A DNA stretch of 64,000 nt from an uncultured Acidobacteriota bacterium (GTDB lineage: Bacteria; Acidobacteriota; JAQAZP01): NCBI GenBank assembly GCA_963836075.1, contig CAWIIB010000001.1, positions 1,632,001-1,696,000 of the forward strand. The letters run 5' to 3'. The notes under the pieces were generated by a model. The model saw nothing but the letters and a program-made list of their open reading frames with translations. It did not search any database and was not told where the DNA came from. Positions within the stretch are counted from its first letter, which is position 1. Each line of letters starts with the position of its first letter. Below, in pieces: positions 1-9,660 of the stretch. A program made the translations under genes and the position numbers.

Positions 1-1
1 C

Positions 2-2833
2 CCCGACTACATCCTGCTGGTGGGCGACAGCGACACCATCCCCCACTGGGTGGGCGGCGGTGAAGGCAGCCCGCACACCGATCTGAACTACGTCTGCATG
101 GACGGCTCCACCGACTGGAGCCCGGACATCGCCATCGGCCGCTTTCCGGTGGACGACGGCGCCGAACTGACCGTGATGGTGGACAAGATCCTCAGCTACG
201 ACAACGGCCAGTTCGCCGACGCCAGCTACACCTCCCGGGCCTGCTTCATGGCTTCGGTGGACAACTACACGATCAGTGAGGGGACCCACAACTACGTCAT
301 CGACACCCACATGGAGCCCAACGGGATCGTCTCCGACAAGCTCTACCAGGTGACCTACGGGGCCGACACCCAGGACGTGCGCGACTCGTTCAACGGCGGC
401 CGGCTCTACGGTTGTTACAGCGGCCACGGCGGCACCTACAGCTGGGCCGACGGACCGCCCTTCGAACAGAGCGACATCAACAACCTGACCAACTACCAGA
501 TGTACTCCTGGGTGCTCAGCTTCGCCTGCATCACCGGCACCTACACCGTGGACGAGTGCTTCACCGAGACCTGGGTGCTGGCCGCCGACAAGGGCGCCAT
601 CGCCGCATGGGGCTCTTCGGTGAACAGCTACTGGACCGAAGACGACGTGCTGGAGAGGCGGCTCTTCGACGTGCTCTACTTTGACGACGTGCGCGAGCTG
701 GGCCCGCTCTACAACGCGACCAAGATCGTCTACGCCGGGGAGATGGGCACCGGGCAGACCACCCGCCGCTACTTCGAGATGTACAACCACCTCGGCGACC
801 CGGCGACCTTTATTTCATACGGGATCGCCGCGTTGCGCGTCACCCCGTCCAGCGGCCTGATCGCCGAGGGACCGGAGGGCGGCCCCTTCGCTCCCGCCAG
901 CAAGGTCTACACCCTGAGCAACCTCGCCGATTATCCCATCGACTACACGGTGGCCCTGCAGGGCGGCGAGAGCTGGCTCGACCTCACCGGCGCGCTCAGC
1001 GGCACGCTGAACACCGGCGAAACCGCTGAGGTCACCGTGGCGCTCAACGCCGGGGCGGACACCCTGCCCATCGGCGCCTTCGGCGACACCGTGGTCTTCA
1101 CCAACCTCACCGACGGCATCGGCGACACTACCCGCGAGGTCAGCCTCGAGGTGGGCCGCTACGTCTACCACTCGGCCGACGTGCCCCAGGCGATCAACGA
1201 CAACTCCACCATCACCAGCACCCTCGACGTGGCCGACCACTTCTGCATCGCCGACGTCGATGTCGAGCTGGACATCACCCACACCTACATCGGCGACCTG
1301 ACGGTGAGCCTGACCTCGCCCGAGGGCACCATGGTCACCCTGCACAACCGCAGCGGCGGCAGCAGCGCCAACATCCAGCAGACCTACGACGACGAGGGAA
1401 CCGCCCCTGACGGCCCGGGGGCACTCTCCGACTTCGACTTCGAGTCGCCCATGGGCACCTGGACCCTCACCGTCACCGACAGCGCCGGCGGCGACACCGG
1501 CACGCTCAATGCATGGTCGGTTAAGGTGCTGCCCAGCGGCGACGAGTGCCCGCCGGTGGCCCTGGACGACGAGATCTCCACCGCACCGTTCACCGTGGTC
1601 GACGTGCAGCTGCAGGGCAGCACCATGACCGCCGAACCGCTGGACTTCATCATCACCACCCTGCCGGCCCACGGCACGCTCCGCGACGGCCAGGCGCTGA
1701 TGATCGACACCGTGCCCTACACCCTCACCGGCCCCGACCAGTGGGTGCGCTACGTGCCCGAGTACGGCTACCTCGGTGACGACTCCTTCACCTTCATCAC
1801 CTACGACGGGCAGGACTCGGCCACGGCCACGGTGACCGTGCACATCGGCGAGACCTCCACGATCTACGAGTTCGATCTCGACACCGATCCGGGGTGGATG
1901 ATGAGCGGCGACTGGGCCTTTGGCCAGCCCGCGGGCATCGACGGCGACCCGACCTCCGGCGCCACCGGCACCAACGTCTACGGCAACAACCTCAATGGTG
2001 AATACACTGACGACATGTCCGCCGTCTACCTGACCACCGGCATGATCGACTGCACCGACCTGATCGATGTCAGCGTCAGTTTCCAGCGCTGGCTCGGTGT
2101 CGAGTCGGCCAGCTACGACCACGCGCAGTTCCAGATCAACACCGCCGGCCTGCTCTGGGACACCATCTGGGAGAACGAGGCCAGCACGATGAACGAATCG
2201 AGCTGGACCGAGCAGGTCTACGACATCTCCGGGTACGCCGACGGCCAGGCCAATGTCCGTCTGCGCTGGGTCCTCGGGCCCACCGACGGCTCGGTGACCT
2301 ACCACGGCTGGAACATCGACGACATCGCGATCATCGCCACCGACACATCGGTGGAGCCGCCGCCGGACTGCAACGAGAACGGCGTGCCCGACCTGCAGGA
2401 CATCATCGACGGCACCAGCAGCGACGTCAACGGCAACGGCATCCCCGACGAGTGCGAGGGCGTGACCTCCACCATCGATGCCTCCCTGACCTGCACCCCG
2501 GACAGCGGAGTGCTGCCCTTCACCACCCAGATGGCGGTGGATCTGGCCAACCTGACCACCGAGAACCGCCGCGCCGCGGCCCGCATCAACATGGTGCTGG
2601 CCAACGGCACGCCCTACACCAACTGGCGTGCCGGCTGGACCAACCTCTCCTCCGGGGAGACCTTCAGCACCAGCTGGAACCAGAACCTGCCGGCCCTCGG
2701 CACCCTGGTGGGCAGCAACGTCTTCACCATCGTCGGTGAGGATGTCACTCCGGCGCCCTACAACCAGCCGCCCTTCGCGCCCTCCGGCGACACGGCCACC
2801 GACGACTGCACGGTGACCGCTTCGGCGCCGTAA
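2..2833 (+). CDS. 5'-truncated gingipain-like C25 cysteine peptidase with BACON-like, proprotein-convertase P-domain, Ig/cadherin-like, MAM/adhesin-like and DCNxNG Ca-binding modules, plus the shared C-terminal domain
   Basis: Frame open from nt 2 (PDYILLVGDSDTIP). C25 motifs PDIAIGRFPV, YSGHG (His), SFACITG (Cys), KGAIAAWGSS and YNHLGDPA. P-domain LDITHTYIGDLTVSLTSPEGT. Ends in DVTPAPYNQPP...VTASAP. Confidence 0.85.
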   Translation, partial: PDYILLVGDSDTIPHWVGGGEGSPHTDLNYVCMDGSTDWSPDIAIGRFPVDDGAELTVMVDKILSYDNGQFADASYTSRACFMASVDNYTISEGTHNYVIDTHMEPNGIVSDKLYQVTYGADTQDVRDSFNGGRLYGCYSGHGGTYSWADGPPFEQSDINNLTNYQMYSWVLSFACITGTYTVDECFTETWVLAADKGAIAAWGSSVNSYWTEDDVLERRLFDVLYFDDVRELGPLYNATKIVYAGEMGTGQTTRRYFEMYNHLGDPATFISYGIAALRVTPSSGLIAEGPEGGPFAPASKVYTLSNLADYPIDYTVALQGGESWLDLTGALSGTLNTGETAEVTVALNAGADTLPIGAFGDTVVFTNLTDGIGDTTREVSLEVGRYVYHSADVPQAINDNSTITSTLDVADHFCIADVDVELDITHTYIGDLTVSLTSPEGTMVTLHNRSGGSSANIQQTYDDEGTAPDGPGALSDFDFESPMGTWTLTVTDSAGGDTGTLNAWSVKVLPSGDECPPVALDDEISTAPFTVVDVQLQGSTMTAEPLDFIITTLPAHGTLRDGQALMIDTVPYTLTGPDQWVRYVPEYGYLGDDSFTFITYDGQDSATATVTVHIGETSTIYEFDLDTDPGWMMSGDWAFGQPAGIDGDPTSGATGTNVYGNNLNGEYTDDMSAVYLTTGMIDCTDLIDVSVSFQRWLGVESASYDHAQFQINTAGLLWDTIWENEASTMNESSWTEQVYDISGYADGQANVRLRWVLGPTDGSVTYHGWNIDDIAIIATDTSVEPPPDCNENGVPDLQDIIDGTSSDVNGNGIPDECEGVTSTIDASLTCTPDSGVLPFTTQMAVDLANLTTENRRAAARINMVLANGTPYTNWRAGWTNLSSGETFSTSWNQNLPALGTLVGSNVFTIVGEDVTPAPYNQPPFAPSGDTATDDCTVTASAP

Positions 2834-2872
2834 ACGGCAGCGGCCTCAGGCCGGACCAACAGTCCACAGCAC

Positions 2873-2908
2873 GGCCCCCCGCCCCGGCAACGGGACGGGG
2901 GGCCTTTT
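2873..2908 (+). terminator. Rho-independent terminator
   Basis: GGCCCCCCGCCCCG-GCAA-CGGGACGGGGGGCC hairpin followed by TTTT, 40 nt after the stop. Confidence 0.8.
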
Positions 2909-2922
2909 CCATTCCAGGTCAG

Positions 2923-2972
2923 CTACTTCAGCAGTGCCTCGACCTCCGTCTTCAGACGGGCGGCCCCGCCGG
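2923..2972 (-). pseudogene. Orphan 3'-terminal remnant of the TlpA-like redoxin gene
   Basis: ctacttcagcagtgcctcgacctccgtcttcagacgggcggccccgccgg matches 5090..5139 and encodes PGGAARLKTEVEALLK-stop. Confidence 0.85.
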
Positions 2973-3249
2973 TTCGGTCCGGTCACCGTGCTCCTACTCA
3001 CTCAGTCCCGGAACACCACCCGGTTCCCTCGAATACTGTTCTCTCAACAGGTATCGCGCGCCCTGTTGTCCTTGGGCATTTGAAATAAAAATCATTAACC
3101 CCTATAATCTATACATTACATACAAGTATTCTGATGAATGTTTGGAGGAAAATCTCCCTAACAGGGTCAATTGAGCAGTTTGGATGATTTGCCAATACAA
3201 ATCTGGCCCCACCGGAAACCCTCGCTCCGCAAGAAAATGGAGAAACAAG

Positions 3250-5001
3250 ATGCTTAAATGGCCCCGAGTTCCTGTCCGGCTGTTACCGTTGCTACTGTGC
3301 GGATTTATTCTCTGCAGCGCCGGCATCGCACATGCCGCACCGCTGTCCGGCACCTACACGATCGGGGGCACCGATCCACACTTCGTCACCATCCAGGACG
3401 CGACTGCAGCCCTCAGCGCCAACGGTGTTGATGGCCCGGTGGTGTTCGACATCCGTACCGGTATTTATGACGGCCCGGTCAGCGTGCCCGATACCGCCGG
3501 TGTATCCGTTGACAACACCATTACCTTTCAGTCAGAGGCCGGGAATGCCAGCGATGTAACGGTCCGTTCAGACAGCGGGGTATGGGTCATCTTCAGTGAT
3601 TACGTCACACTGCAACACCTGACGATCATGCAAGAGCCGTTTGGCACGTCCGATTACGGCCGTGTACTCACCATATCGGGCGACACGGATCACATCAAAA
3701 TCCTCAACAACCGTTTGCATGGCAGAAGGACAACTACAAACATCCGGGACCGCTACGCGGTTCTGTTCAACTGGAAGACATCAACCTATGCGGCCGATGA
3801 TATTCTTATCGAGGGCAACGAAATTCTGTATGGCAGCGTGGGCATCGACTGGGACGGCAGTACCCTGATCACCGGCTCCGAGCTGCGCGTTCGCAACAAC
3901 AGCATTCGTGAGTTCGGCATTAACGGCGTGCAGATACTCAAGGAACCGGCGCTCGAGCTCATCGGCAACGAGATAGCCAGCCGCTCGATCTACCTCAGCT
4001 ATCCCTATGGCGTCATTCTGGAGTTCTGTGACGGACCCATTCTTGTCGACAAGAACCGCATCAGCGTCGATGGGCACATTGGCATGGGTATACGCGAGAG
4101 TCATTCAACCACGGCCGGTCCCGGCTTGATCACAAACAACTTTGTCTCAGTCGATTCTGGCAGGGTCGGCCTCAACATCGACGACTCGGAATACCAGACG
4201 GTCGCGCACAATACCGTCCGATTTACCGGCACGTACCAGTCCGATCCGGCGCTGAAGGTCTACGATGGGACCCACCATCGCCTGCTCAACAACATCTTGA
4301 TGAACACGACCGATGGAGCGGCCATCAGCATAACTTTTCCCGACATCAGTGTCGACCAATGTGACTACAACCTGCTGTATTCGGCGAGTGGCGCCATAGG
4401 TATTACCAGCACTTTCACAACGCACTACGCGCTGGCCGACTGGCAGGCCGCAACCGGGCATGATCTCAACTCGGTCGAGGCCGAGGCACTGTTCGTGAGT
4501 GCGGAAGACTCGCACCTGGTCGCAGGGTCGCCCGGCATCGACCTGGCGCTAACAGGTGAAGTCATCGATGATATCGACTACGAGCTGCGACCTGTGGCTG
4601 CCGATATGGGTGCCGACGAGTATCTGGGCGTGACCCCCACCATCGGCGCCTCCCTGACCTGCACCCCGGACAGCGGCGTGCTGCCCTTCACCACCCAGAT
4701 GGCGGTGGACCTGGCCAACCTGACCACCGAGAACCGCCGCGCCGCGGCCCGCATCAACATGGTGCTGGCCAACGGCACGCCCTACACCAACTGGCGTGCC
4801 GGCTGGACCAACCTCTCCTCCGGTGAGACCTTCAGCACCAGCTGGAACCAGAACCTGCCGGCCCTCGGCACCCTGGTGGGCAGCAACGTCTTCACCATCG
4901 TCGGTGAGGATGTCACTCCGGCGCCCTACAACCAGCCGCCCTTCGCGCCCTCCGGCGACACGGCCACCGACGACTGCACGGTGACCGCTTCGGCGCCGTA
5001 A
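3250..5001 (+). CDS. Secreted right-handed parallel beta-helix protein with the shared C-terminal domain
   Basis: ATG 3250 with GGAG RBS and signal peptide MLKWPR...AGIAHA. N-terminal LSGTYTIGG/GVDGPVVFDI motif, Asn-rich repeats and ADMGADEY. C-terminal domain nearly identical to that of the first ORF. Confidence 0.8.
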   Translation: MLKWPRVPVRLLPLLLCGFILCSAGIAHAAPLSGTYTIGGTDPHFVTIQDATAALSANGVDGPVVFDIRTGIYDGPVSVPDTAGVSVDNTITFQSEAGNASDVTVRSDSGVWVIFSDYVTLQHLTIMQEPFGTSDYGRVLTISGDTDHIKILNNRLHGRRTTTNIRDRYAVLFNWKTSTYAADDILIEGNEILYGSVGIDWDGSTLITGSELRVRNNSIREFGINGVQILKEPALELIGNEIASRSIYLSYPYGVILEFCDGPILVDKNRISVDGHIGMGIRESHSTTAGPGLITNNFVSVDSGRVGLNIDDSEYQTVAHNTVRFTGTYQSDPALKVYDGTHHRLLNNILMNTTDGAAISITFPDISVDQCDYNLLYSASGAIGITSTFTTHYALADWQAATGHDLNSVEAEALFVSAEDSHLVAGSPGIDLALTGEVIDDIDYELRPVAADMGADEYLGVTPTIGASLTCTPDSGVLPFTTQMAVDLANLTTENRRAAARINMVLANGTPYTNWRAGWTNLSSGETFSTSWNQNLPALGTLVGSNVFTIVGEDVTPAPYNQPPFAPSGDTATDDCTVTASAP

Positions 5002-5139
5002 ACGGCAGCGGCCTCAGGCCGGACCGACGGTACACAGCACGGCCCCCCGCCCCGGCAATGGGACGGGGGGCCTTTTCATTTCGAGACTTCTACTTCAGCA
5101 GTGCCTCGACCTCCGTTTTCAGCCGGGCGGCCCCGCCGG
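4626..5139 (+). repeat. Direct repeat copy 2 (~515 bp)
   Basis: Partner of 2458..2972. Confidence 0.95.
5041..5076 (+). terminator. Rho-independent terminator
   Basis: Same GC hairpin plus TTTT as 2873..2908, lying between convergent genes. Confidence 0.8.
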
Positions 5140-6394
5140 GGGCGTAGCCGATGTGCACCTGGCGGACCACCCCGTCGGGGCCGATCACCACCAGGTGGGG
5201 GATGCCCCTGACGCCGAAGGCCCGGGCCGACGAGCCATCGGCATCCAGGGCCACCGGAATGTCCAGCTTCTCCTGCTCCAGGAACGCCGTGACCTTCTCC
5301 CGGCCCTCCATCTGGTTCACCGCGAAGAAAACCACCTCACGGCCCTTCATCTCTTTGGCCAGGGCAGCCACCCCGGGCATGCTCATCACGCAGGGCTTGC
5401 ACCAGGTGGCCCAGAAATCGAGCACCACCACCTTGCCCTTCAGCGACGAGAGACTTACCGGCTCGCCCTCCAGCGGCTGCAGGGTCGCCTCCGGGGCCGG
5501 CTGGTTCAGCGAGGGATGGTCCTGGGCCGGGTCTTTTCCCGGACCGCCCATGCCGCCGCTTGGTGGTGCGAACTGGTCCACCTTTTTCAACTTCTCGTCC
5601 GGTTTGATTTCGAATCGCCCCGCCAGGTCGGGTTCGGCATCCCAGCCGCTGAACCGGAAGTCGAGACGCGGATTCACCATCACCATCCCCTGCTCGTCCG
5701 GTTTCGGTTCTGCGGACGCTTCAGGAGGCGCCGCCGAAAGACACCTCAAAATCCAGGGCTGATCACCGCGGGTCACCCAGACCTCACCCGCGAACGCTCC
5801 GCCGGTCAGCGCAAGATGGTGGCAGGGAATCTCGCCCACCGCTTCCTCGCCCAGCAGGGTCACCTGGTCCGCGTCCCGCAGTGCGCCCACCGTTCCGGCA
5901 GCCAGGCCAAACCCGGCCACCAGCCCGGCCCCGGGGACGATGGGGCCCTGACCCTCATCATCCACGATCAGCCCGGCCATGGTGGCCGGTGATTCCCGGA
6001 GCATGTACTGACCGAAGGGGGGCATCACCATATACTGCTGTTTGCCGTTCTGGATGAAGCTCGGCTCCCGGTCGCCGCCGGCCGGGGTGAAAGCCGCACT
6101 GGCCGGCTGTTCCAGGGCCAGTTCATATTTCAGCGGCTCCATGGGCATCCCGCCGCCAAAGCTTTTGGGCAGTTCGATATGCACCACCATAGAGGCGCTC
6201 ACCGTTTTGAGGCCGCCATAAAAATCGGCGGCCCGCTCCAGGATCACCCGGCCTTCGCCGGCGGTTCCGGGTTCCGTTTCCCCGAACGCGGGCAGCCCCG
6301 GACCGGCGGCCAGCATGAACAGAGCCAGAGCCAAACCGGTGACCCCGCCCCCCCTGAAAGGTGATGTATTTTTTCCGTCCTGTCTCAGATTCAC
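5090..6394 (-). CDS. Exported TlpA/ResA-like thiol-disulfide oxidoreductase with an N-terminal DUF2092/LolA-like domain
   Basis: GKVVVLDFWATWCKPC (CxxC) and cis-Pro loop FGVRGIPHLVVIGPDG. Hydrophobic N-terminus. N-domain assignment is from recall of architecture. Confidence 0.8.
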   Translation of the reverse strand: MNLRQDGKNTSPFRGGGVTGLALALFMLAAGPGLPAFGETEPGTAGEGRVILERAADFYGGLKTVSASMVVHIELPKSFGGGMPMEPLKYELALEQPASAAFTPAGGDREPSFIQNGKQQYMVMPPFGQYMLRESPATMAGLIVDDEGQGPIVPGAGLVAGFGLAAGTVGALRDADQVTLLGEEAVGEIPCHHLALTGGAFAGEVWVTRGDQPWILRCLSAAPPEASAEPKPDEQGMVMVNPRLDFRFSGWDAEPDLAGRFEIKPDEKLKKVDQFAPPSGGMGGPGKDPAQDHPSLNQPAPEATLQPLEGEPVSLSSLKGKVVVLDFWATWCKPCVMSMPGVAALAKEMKGREVVFFAVNQMEGREKVTAFLEQEKLDIPVALDADGSSARAFGVRGIPHLVVIGPDGVVRQVHIGYAPGGAARLKTEVEALLK

Positions 6395-6547
6395 GTTGTT
6401 CTCCTCAAATTTCCAGTGGATCGGGTACCGTCAACTGTCGAAAACGGCACACCCGAAATGGATCAGTCGGTCTATTTAAGGCCAGAATGGCACATTTTTC
6501 CAGTCCCGGAAGGGGCCGGGTAGAGAAATGCACATCCTGTGCCAGGA

Positions 6548-8080
6548 TCAGGGGGCGATTCCGGTGACCTGGCAGACAGCACTGCCGGTGTCCCCGGACG
6601 ACAGGTATGGCGGCTGGTTGTATGGCGCCGGTGTCACATCTTCGGCGGTCAGGGTGAAGTAACTGTCGCCCAGCAGGCTGGGCAGCGCCGGGATGTTCTG
6701 GACCCAGCTGTTCAGAAACACTCCGCCGCCGGCAATGTTGGTGTACCCGGCGCGCCAGGAGCTGTAGCTCTGGCCCCCGGCCAGGTCTACGTTGATGCGG
6801 GCGGCCAACCTGCGGGTGGTTTCCGGATAACGGTTGGCCAGCGACACCATCATCTGGCAGCCGAAGGGAAGTGTGCTTGATGCCGGGCTACAGGTGAAGG
6901 AGGTATCCACCGAGCTCCGGGCCGGGTAGTGAAAACCGATGTCCACCGTACCCGCATCGCGGATCTCGTCGGTGCGGGTGGTGAACTGGTCGAGACAGTA
7001 TAGCTGACCGTCCGCGGTCCAGCAGATCGATTCGACAGGCGCGCTGCCGGCATTGCGGCAGGGGCTGTTTTCCGGCTGCCCCGCACTGGTTCGGGACAGA
7101 TAGTAGTCACCTGCCGGCCCGGTGACAAAGTCCGGGTCGCCTGCCAGGTTCCCGGTGCCGGGGTAGCCGCCCTGCACCACCGAGTACTCGATCAGCGGCG
7201 GGTTGTAGAGATACCCGACTTCATGGGAACCGCCCCAGAGAATGCAGTTTTTCATTTGAAGGTCGGCCGTATCGTCCTGGAATACGGAGTCGCCGTAAAT
7301 GAACGAGTTGTTTTCGTAGAAGGTGCAGTTCACCACCGTGGGACTGGCGTAGTAATAGGTTGAGATCGCTCCCCCGCCGTAATCGGCAGATCCACCATTG
7401 TGCTGGTTCTCCACGAAGAGATTGTTGATGACCAGCGGTGCGGAATCCGCACCAGAGCAGCTCACACCACCGCCGCCTCCGATAGAGGCGGAGTTCTGGT
7501 GGAAGAAGTTGTTGGCCACCACCGGCGATCCGGCATCGACGAAAACCGCTCCCCCGTTACCGTCAGCCCAATTGGCGTGGAAATAGTTGCCCATGACCAG
7601 TGTGGAATCGCCACAGCAGATGGCGCCGCCATTTTCATCGGTGAGGTTGTGGAGGAACGCGTTGTCCAGGATGCGGGGGCTCGATCCCGAACAGAGGATC
7701 GCCCCGCCGCCGCAGTCCCACTCCGATTCCGTATATCCGTTCATTATGGTGAAGCCCTGGACTAGCGCTCCCGGCCCCTCACCGCTGGTCAGCAGAAAAG
7801 CCCGGTGAACCACCTTGCCGTAATCACCCTCGCAGTCGATGGTGCAGAAATCGCGGCCGTTCTCCGAGACGACGGTCACCTCCTTGCCGCTGAAGTCGAT
7901 GTCCCGGTTGCCGGGGCCGGTGTACGTGCCGTCGGCCACCAGCACCGTATCACCGTCGGACGCCGCGTCGATGCCGGCCTGGATGGTGGGCTGGCCCGCC
8001 GGGACATGGATCACTTCGGCCGGCGCGGAGGCGGGCAGCAGCAGGATTATCAGGGCAGTGAAAGCGATCCACCTGTTCAT
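6548..8080 (-). CDS. Secreted pectin-lyase-fold/beta-helix repeat protein with the shared C-terminal domain
   Basis: ATG 8080 with AGGAG RBS and signal peptide MNRWIAF...ASAPA. IHVPAGQPTIQAGIDAA...GDTVLVADGTY start and GGAI/FxxN repeats. Divergent C-terminal-domain copy ending VTGIAP. Confidence 0.8.
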   Translation of the reverse strand: MNRWIAFTALIILLLPASAPAEVIHVPAGQPTIQAGIDAASDGDTVLVADGTYTGPGNRDIDFSGKEVTVVSENGRDFCTIDCEGDYGKVVHRAFLLTSGEGPGALVQGFTIMNGYTESEWDCGGGAILCSGSSPRILDNAFLHNLTDENGGAICCGDSTLVMGNYFHANWADGNGGAVFVDAGSPVVANNFFHQNSASIGGGGGVSCSGADSAPLVINNLFVENQHNGGSADYGGGAISTYYYASPTVVNCTFYENNSFIYGDSVFQDDTADLQMKNCILWGGSHEVGYLYNPPLIEYSVVQGGYPGTGNLAGDPDFVTGPAGDYYLSRTSAGQPENSPCRNAGSAPVESICWTADGQLYCLDQFTTRTDEIRDAGTVDIGFHYPARSSVDTSFTCSPASSTLPFGCQMMVSLANRYPETTRRLAARINVDLAGGQSYSSWRAGYTNIAGGGVFLNSWVQNIPALPSLLGDSYFTLTAEDVTPAPYNQPPYLSSGDTGSAVCQVTGIAP

Positions 8081-8246
8081 GATGACTCCTCTTGAACGGG
8101 GCGACAGGGACACCGGCTGAATCGACACGGTCCTGTTATCAATATAGAGTCATTCCCCGGATCGGGCAAGGGAGCGACAAAGACTTGTTTCCGGGAGCGG
8201 AAAATTCTATCCTGTCCCAGACTGGAAGCATCGATATTCGGAGACG

Positions 8247-9335
8247 GTGATGACCGAAGAGGAACTGGACAAGCTGAACGTCTTTCTCGCAGCATACGAG
8301 CAGTATGTCCGAGAACGGCTGCAGCCGGCGCAGACCGAGATCATGACCGCGATGGAACCGTGGCGCCAGCCGGACCACTGGAAAAAATACAAGAAAGCCA
8401 ACACCGTCCCCATCCCCTCGCCGGTGCGCACCATCTTCTCCCGGATCAAGCGGCCGGAACAGGTGGTGGACAAGATCTACCGCAAGGCGCCGCTCTACCC
8501 CGCCGGCCTCCACCCGGACAGCTTCCGCGCGATGAACGACACCATGGGCGTCCGCATGCTGGTCTACTTCCTCAGCCACCTGCCGCTGATCGACCGGGAG
8601 ATCCAGAGCTCGCCCGACCTGGAGATCTCCACGGTCAAGTCGCCGGTGGCCTACATGAGCCGGGACCAGGCAAAGCTGCTCAGCCTCGGCCACCTGCACC
8701 ACCTGGAAAAGGAGAGCGGCTACGGATCGCTGCACTACATCCTGCGGCTGAAAAAACAGCCCGGGGCGGAGCAGGAAAACCCGTGGTTCGAGCTGCAGGT
8801 GCGCACCCTGACCCAGGAACTGTGGTGTGTCACCGAGCACCATATGGGCTACAAGCCGGGCAAGCGGCCCAACCTGGCGGCCATGCGGCAGTTCAAGGTG
8901 CTGAGCAAGATGCTGGGGGCCATCGACGAACAGCTGAACCTGATGTACGAGGAGATGAACCGCTTCCAGGAGGAGACCAGCTACGAGAGCAACGACCCGC
9001 TGAATCCGGAGAACATCCCCTCGGTGCTGGACGAGTTCGGCCTGAACTGCGCCCAGCGGGACATCAACAACATCCTCAAGCTGTTCTACAGCCGCGGGGT
9101 GGAGACCGTGCAGGCCCTGCGCGACATCGCCACGCCCCACCGCCTGGAGATCATCCACAACACCTACCTCTCGGTGCTCGGCCGCCCGCCGGTGAGCCTC
9201 GAGGTGGCCGCCACCCTGGCCGCGCTCAAGGGCGCCGAAGGGCACCAGGAAGAGGTCAAGCGGATCAACTCCCAGATCGCCTACCGCGGCGCCTGGGACA
9301 GCATCCGCCAGGAGATCAGCCGCAATCCCGACTGA
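8247..9335 (+). CDS. RelA/SpoT synthetase-domain protein (small alarmone synthetase-like) with C-terminal extension
   Basis: Motifs SRIKRPEQVVDKIYRK, NDTMGVR, SGYGSLHY, ELQVRT and WCVTEHHMGYK. No HD, TGS or ACT domain seen. Confidence 0.8.
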   Translation: MMTEEELDKLNVFLAAYEQYVRERLQPAQTEIMTAMEPWRQPDHWKKYKKANTVPIPSPVRTIFSRIKRPEQVVDKIYRKAPLYPAGLHPDSFRAMNDTMGVRMLVYFLSHLPLIDREIQSSPDLEISTVKSPVAYMSRDQAKLLSLGHLHHLEKESGYGSLHYILRLKKQPGAEQENPWFELQVRTLTQELWCVTEHHMGYKPGKRPNLAAMRQFKVLSKMLGAIDEQLNLMYEEMNRFQEETSYESNDPLNPENIPSVLDEFGLNCAQRDINNILKLFYSRGVETVQALRDIATPHRLEIIHNTYLSVLGRPPVSLEVAATLAALKGAEGHQEEVKRINSQIAYRGAWDSIRQEISRNPD

Positions 9336-9406
9336 CCCGGCCCCCGTGGGACACTTTGGCGACGAGGTGGTCTAAACCGGCGAAAGGAACAGTGCATTCC
9401 TGCGCA

Positions 9407-9533
9407 TGTCATTGCGAGCCCCCGACCCGCGGGGGACGCGGGAAGTCAGAGGAAGAAACACCGTTCTTAGGTAAACGTCCCCATTTTTTGGTGATCGCCG
9501 CGTCGTCGGCTACGCCGACTCCTCGCGATGACA
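9407..9533. repeat. REP/RPE-like palindromic element
   Basis: Ends TGTCATTGCGAG ... CTCGCGATGACA (11/12 inverted) with an internal GTCGGC-TAC-GCCGAC hairpin. Confidence 0.6.
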
Positions 9534-9660
9534 AGAGGGTCCTGTTCCTTGAGAGGGGCACCATACCCCTTCATTTACCATTGACTGGGGCGCAGCAGTT
9601 CCCTAATCTTTCGCATCCGTTAAACTGGATTTATAGTCTGCGGCAGGGGTGCAATACAGA

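Larger units (their letters stand above)
2458..2972 (+). repeat. Direct repeat copy 1 (~515 bp): C-terminal-domain coding sequence, stop, terminator and 50 bp of the redoxin gene 3' end
   Basis: Near-identical to 4626..5139 (offset 2168, then 2167), read directly from the sequence. Confidence 0.95.

Noticed and set aside
815-2305. Long antisense or alternate-frame ORFs (also 13873..15741, 16931..18205, 33525..36029, 51999..53510, 8360..9664)
   Set aside because: Shadow ORFs of high-GC3 genes, fully overlapping well-supported CDSs and showing no recognisable motifs.
2458-2833. Canonical T9SS CTD, PEP-CTERM/LPXTG or autotransporter signal
   Set aside because: No YPNP...KxxK pattern, no TM plus basic tail and no terminal aromatic residue. 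The domain is ~120 aa and ends in Pro.
2458-5139. Diversity-generating retroelement (TR/VR pair) as the explanation for the C-terminal repeat
   Set aside because: Mismatches are few, mostly synonymous and not adenine-specific (T/C and G/T occur), both copies are coding, and no reverse transcriptase is in the window.
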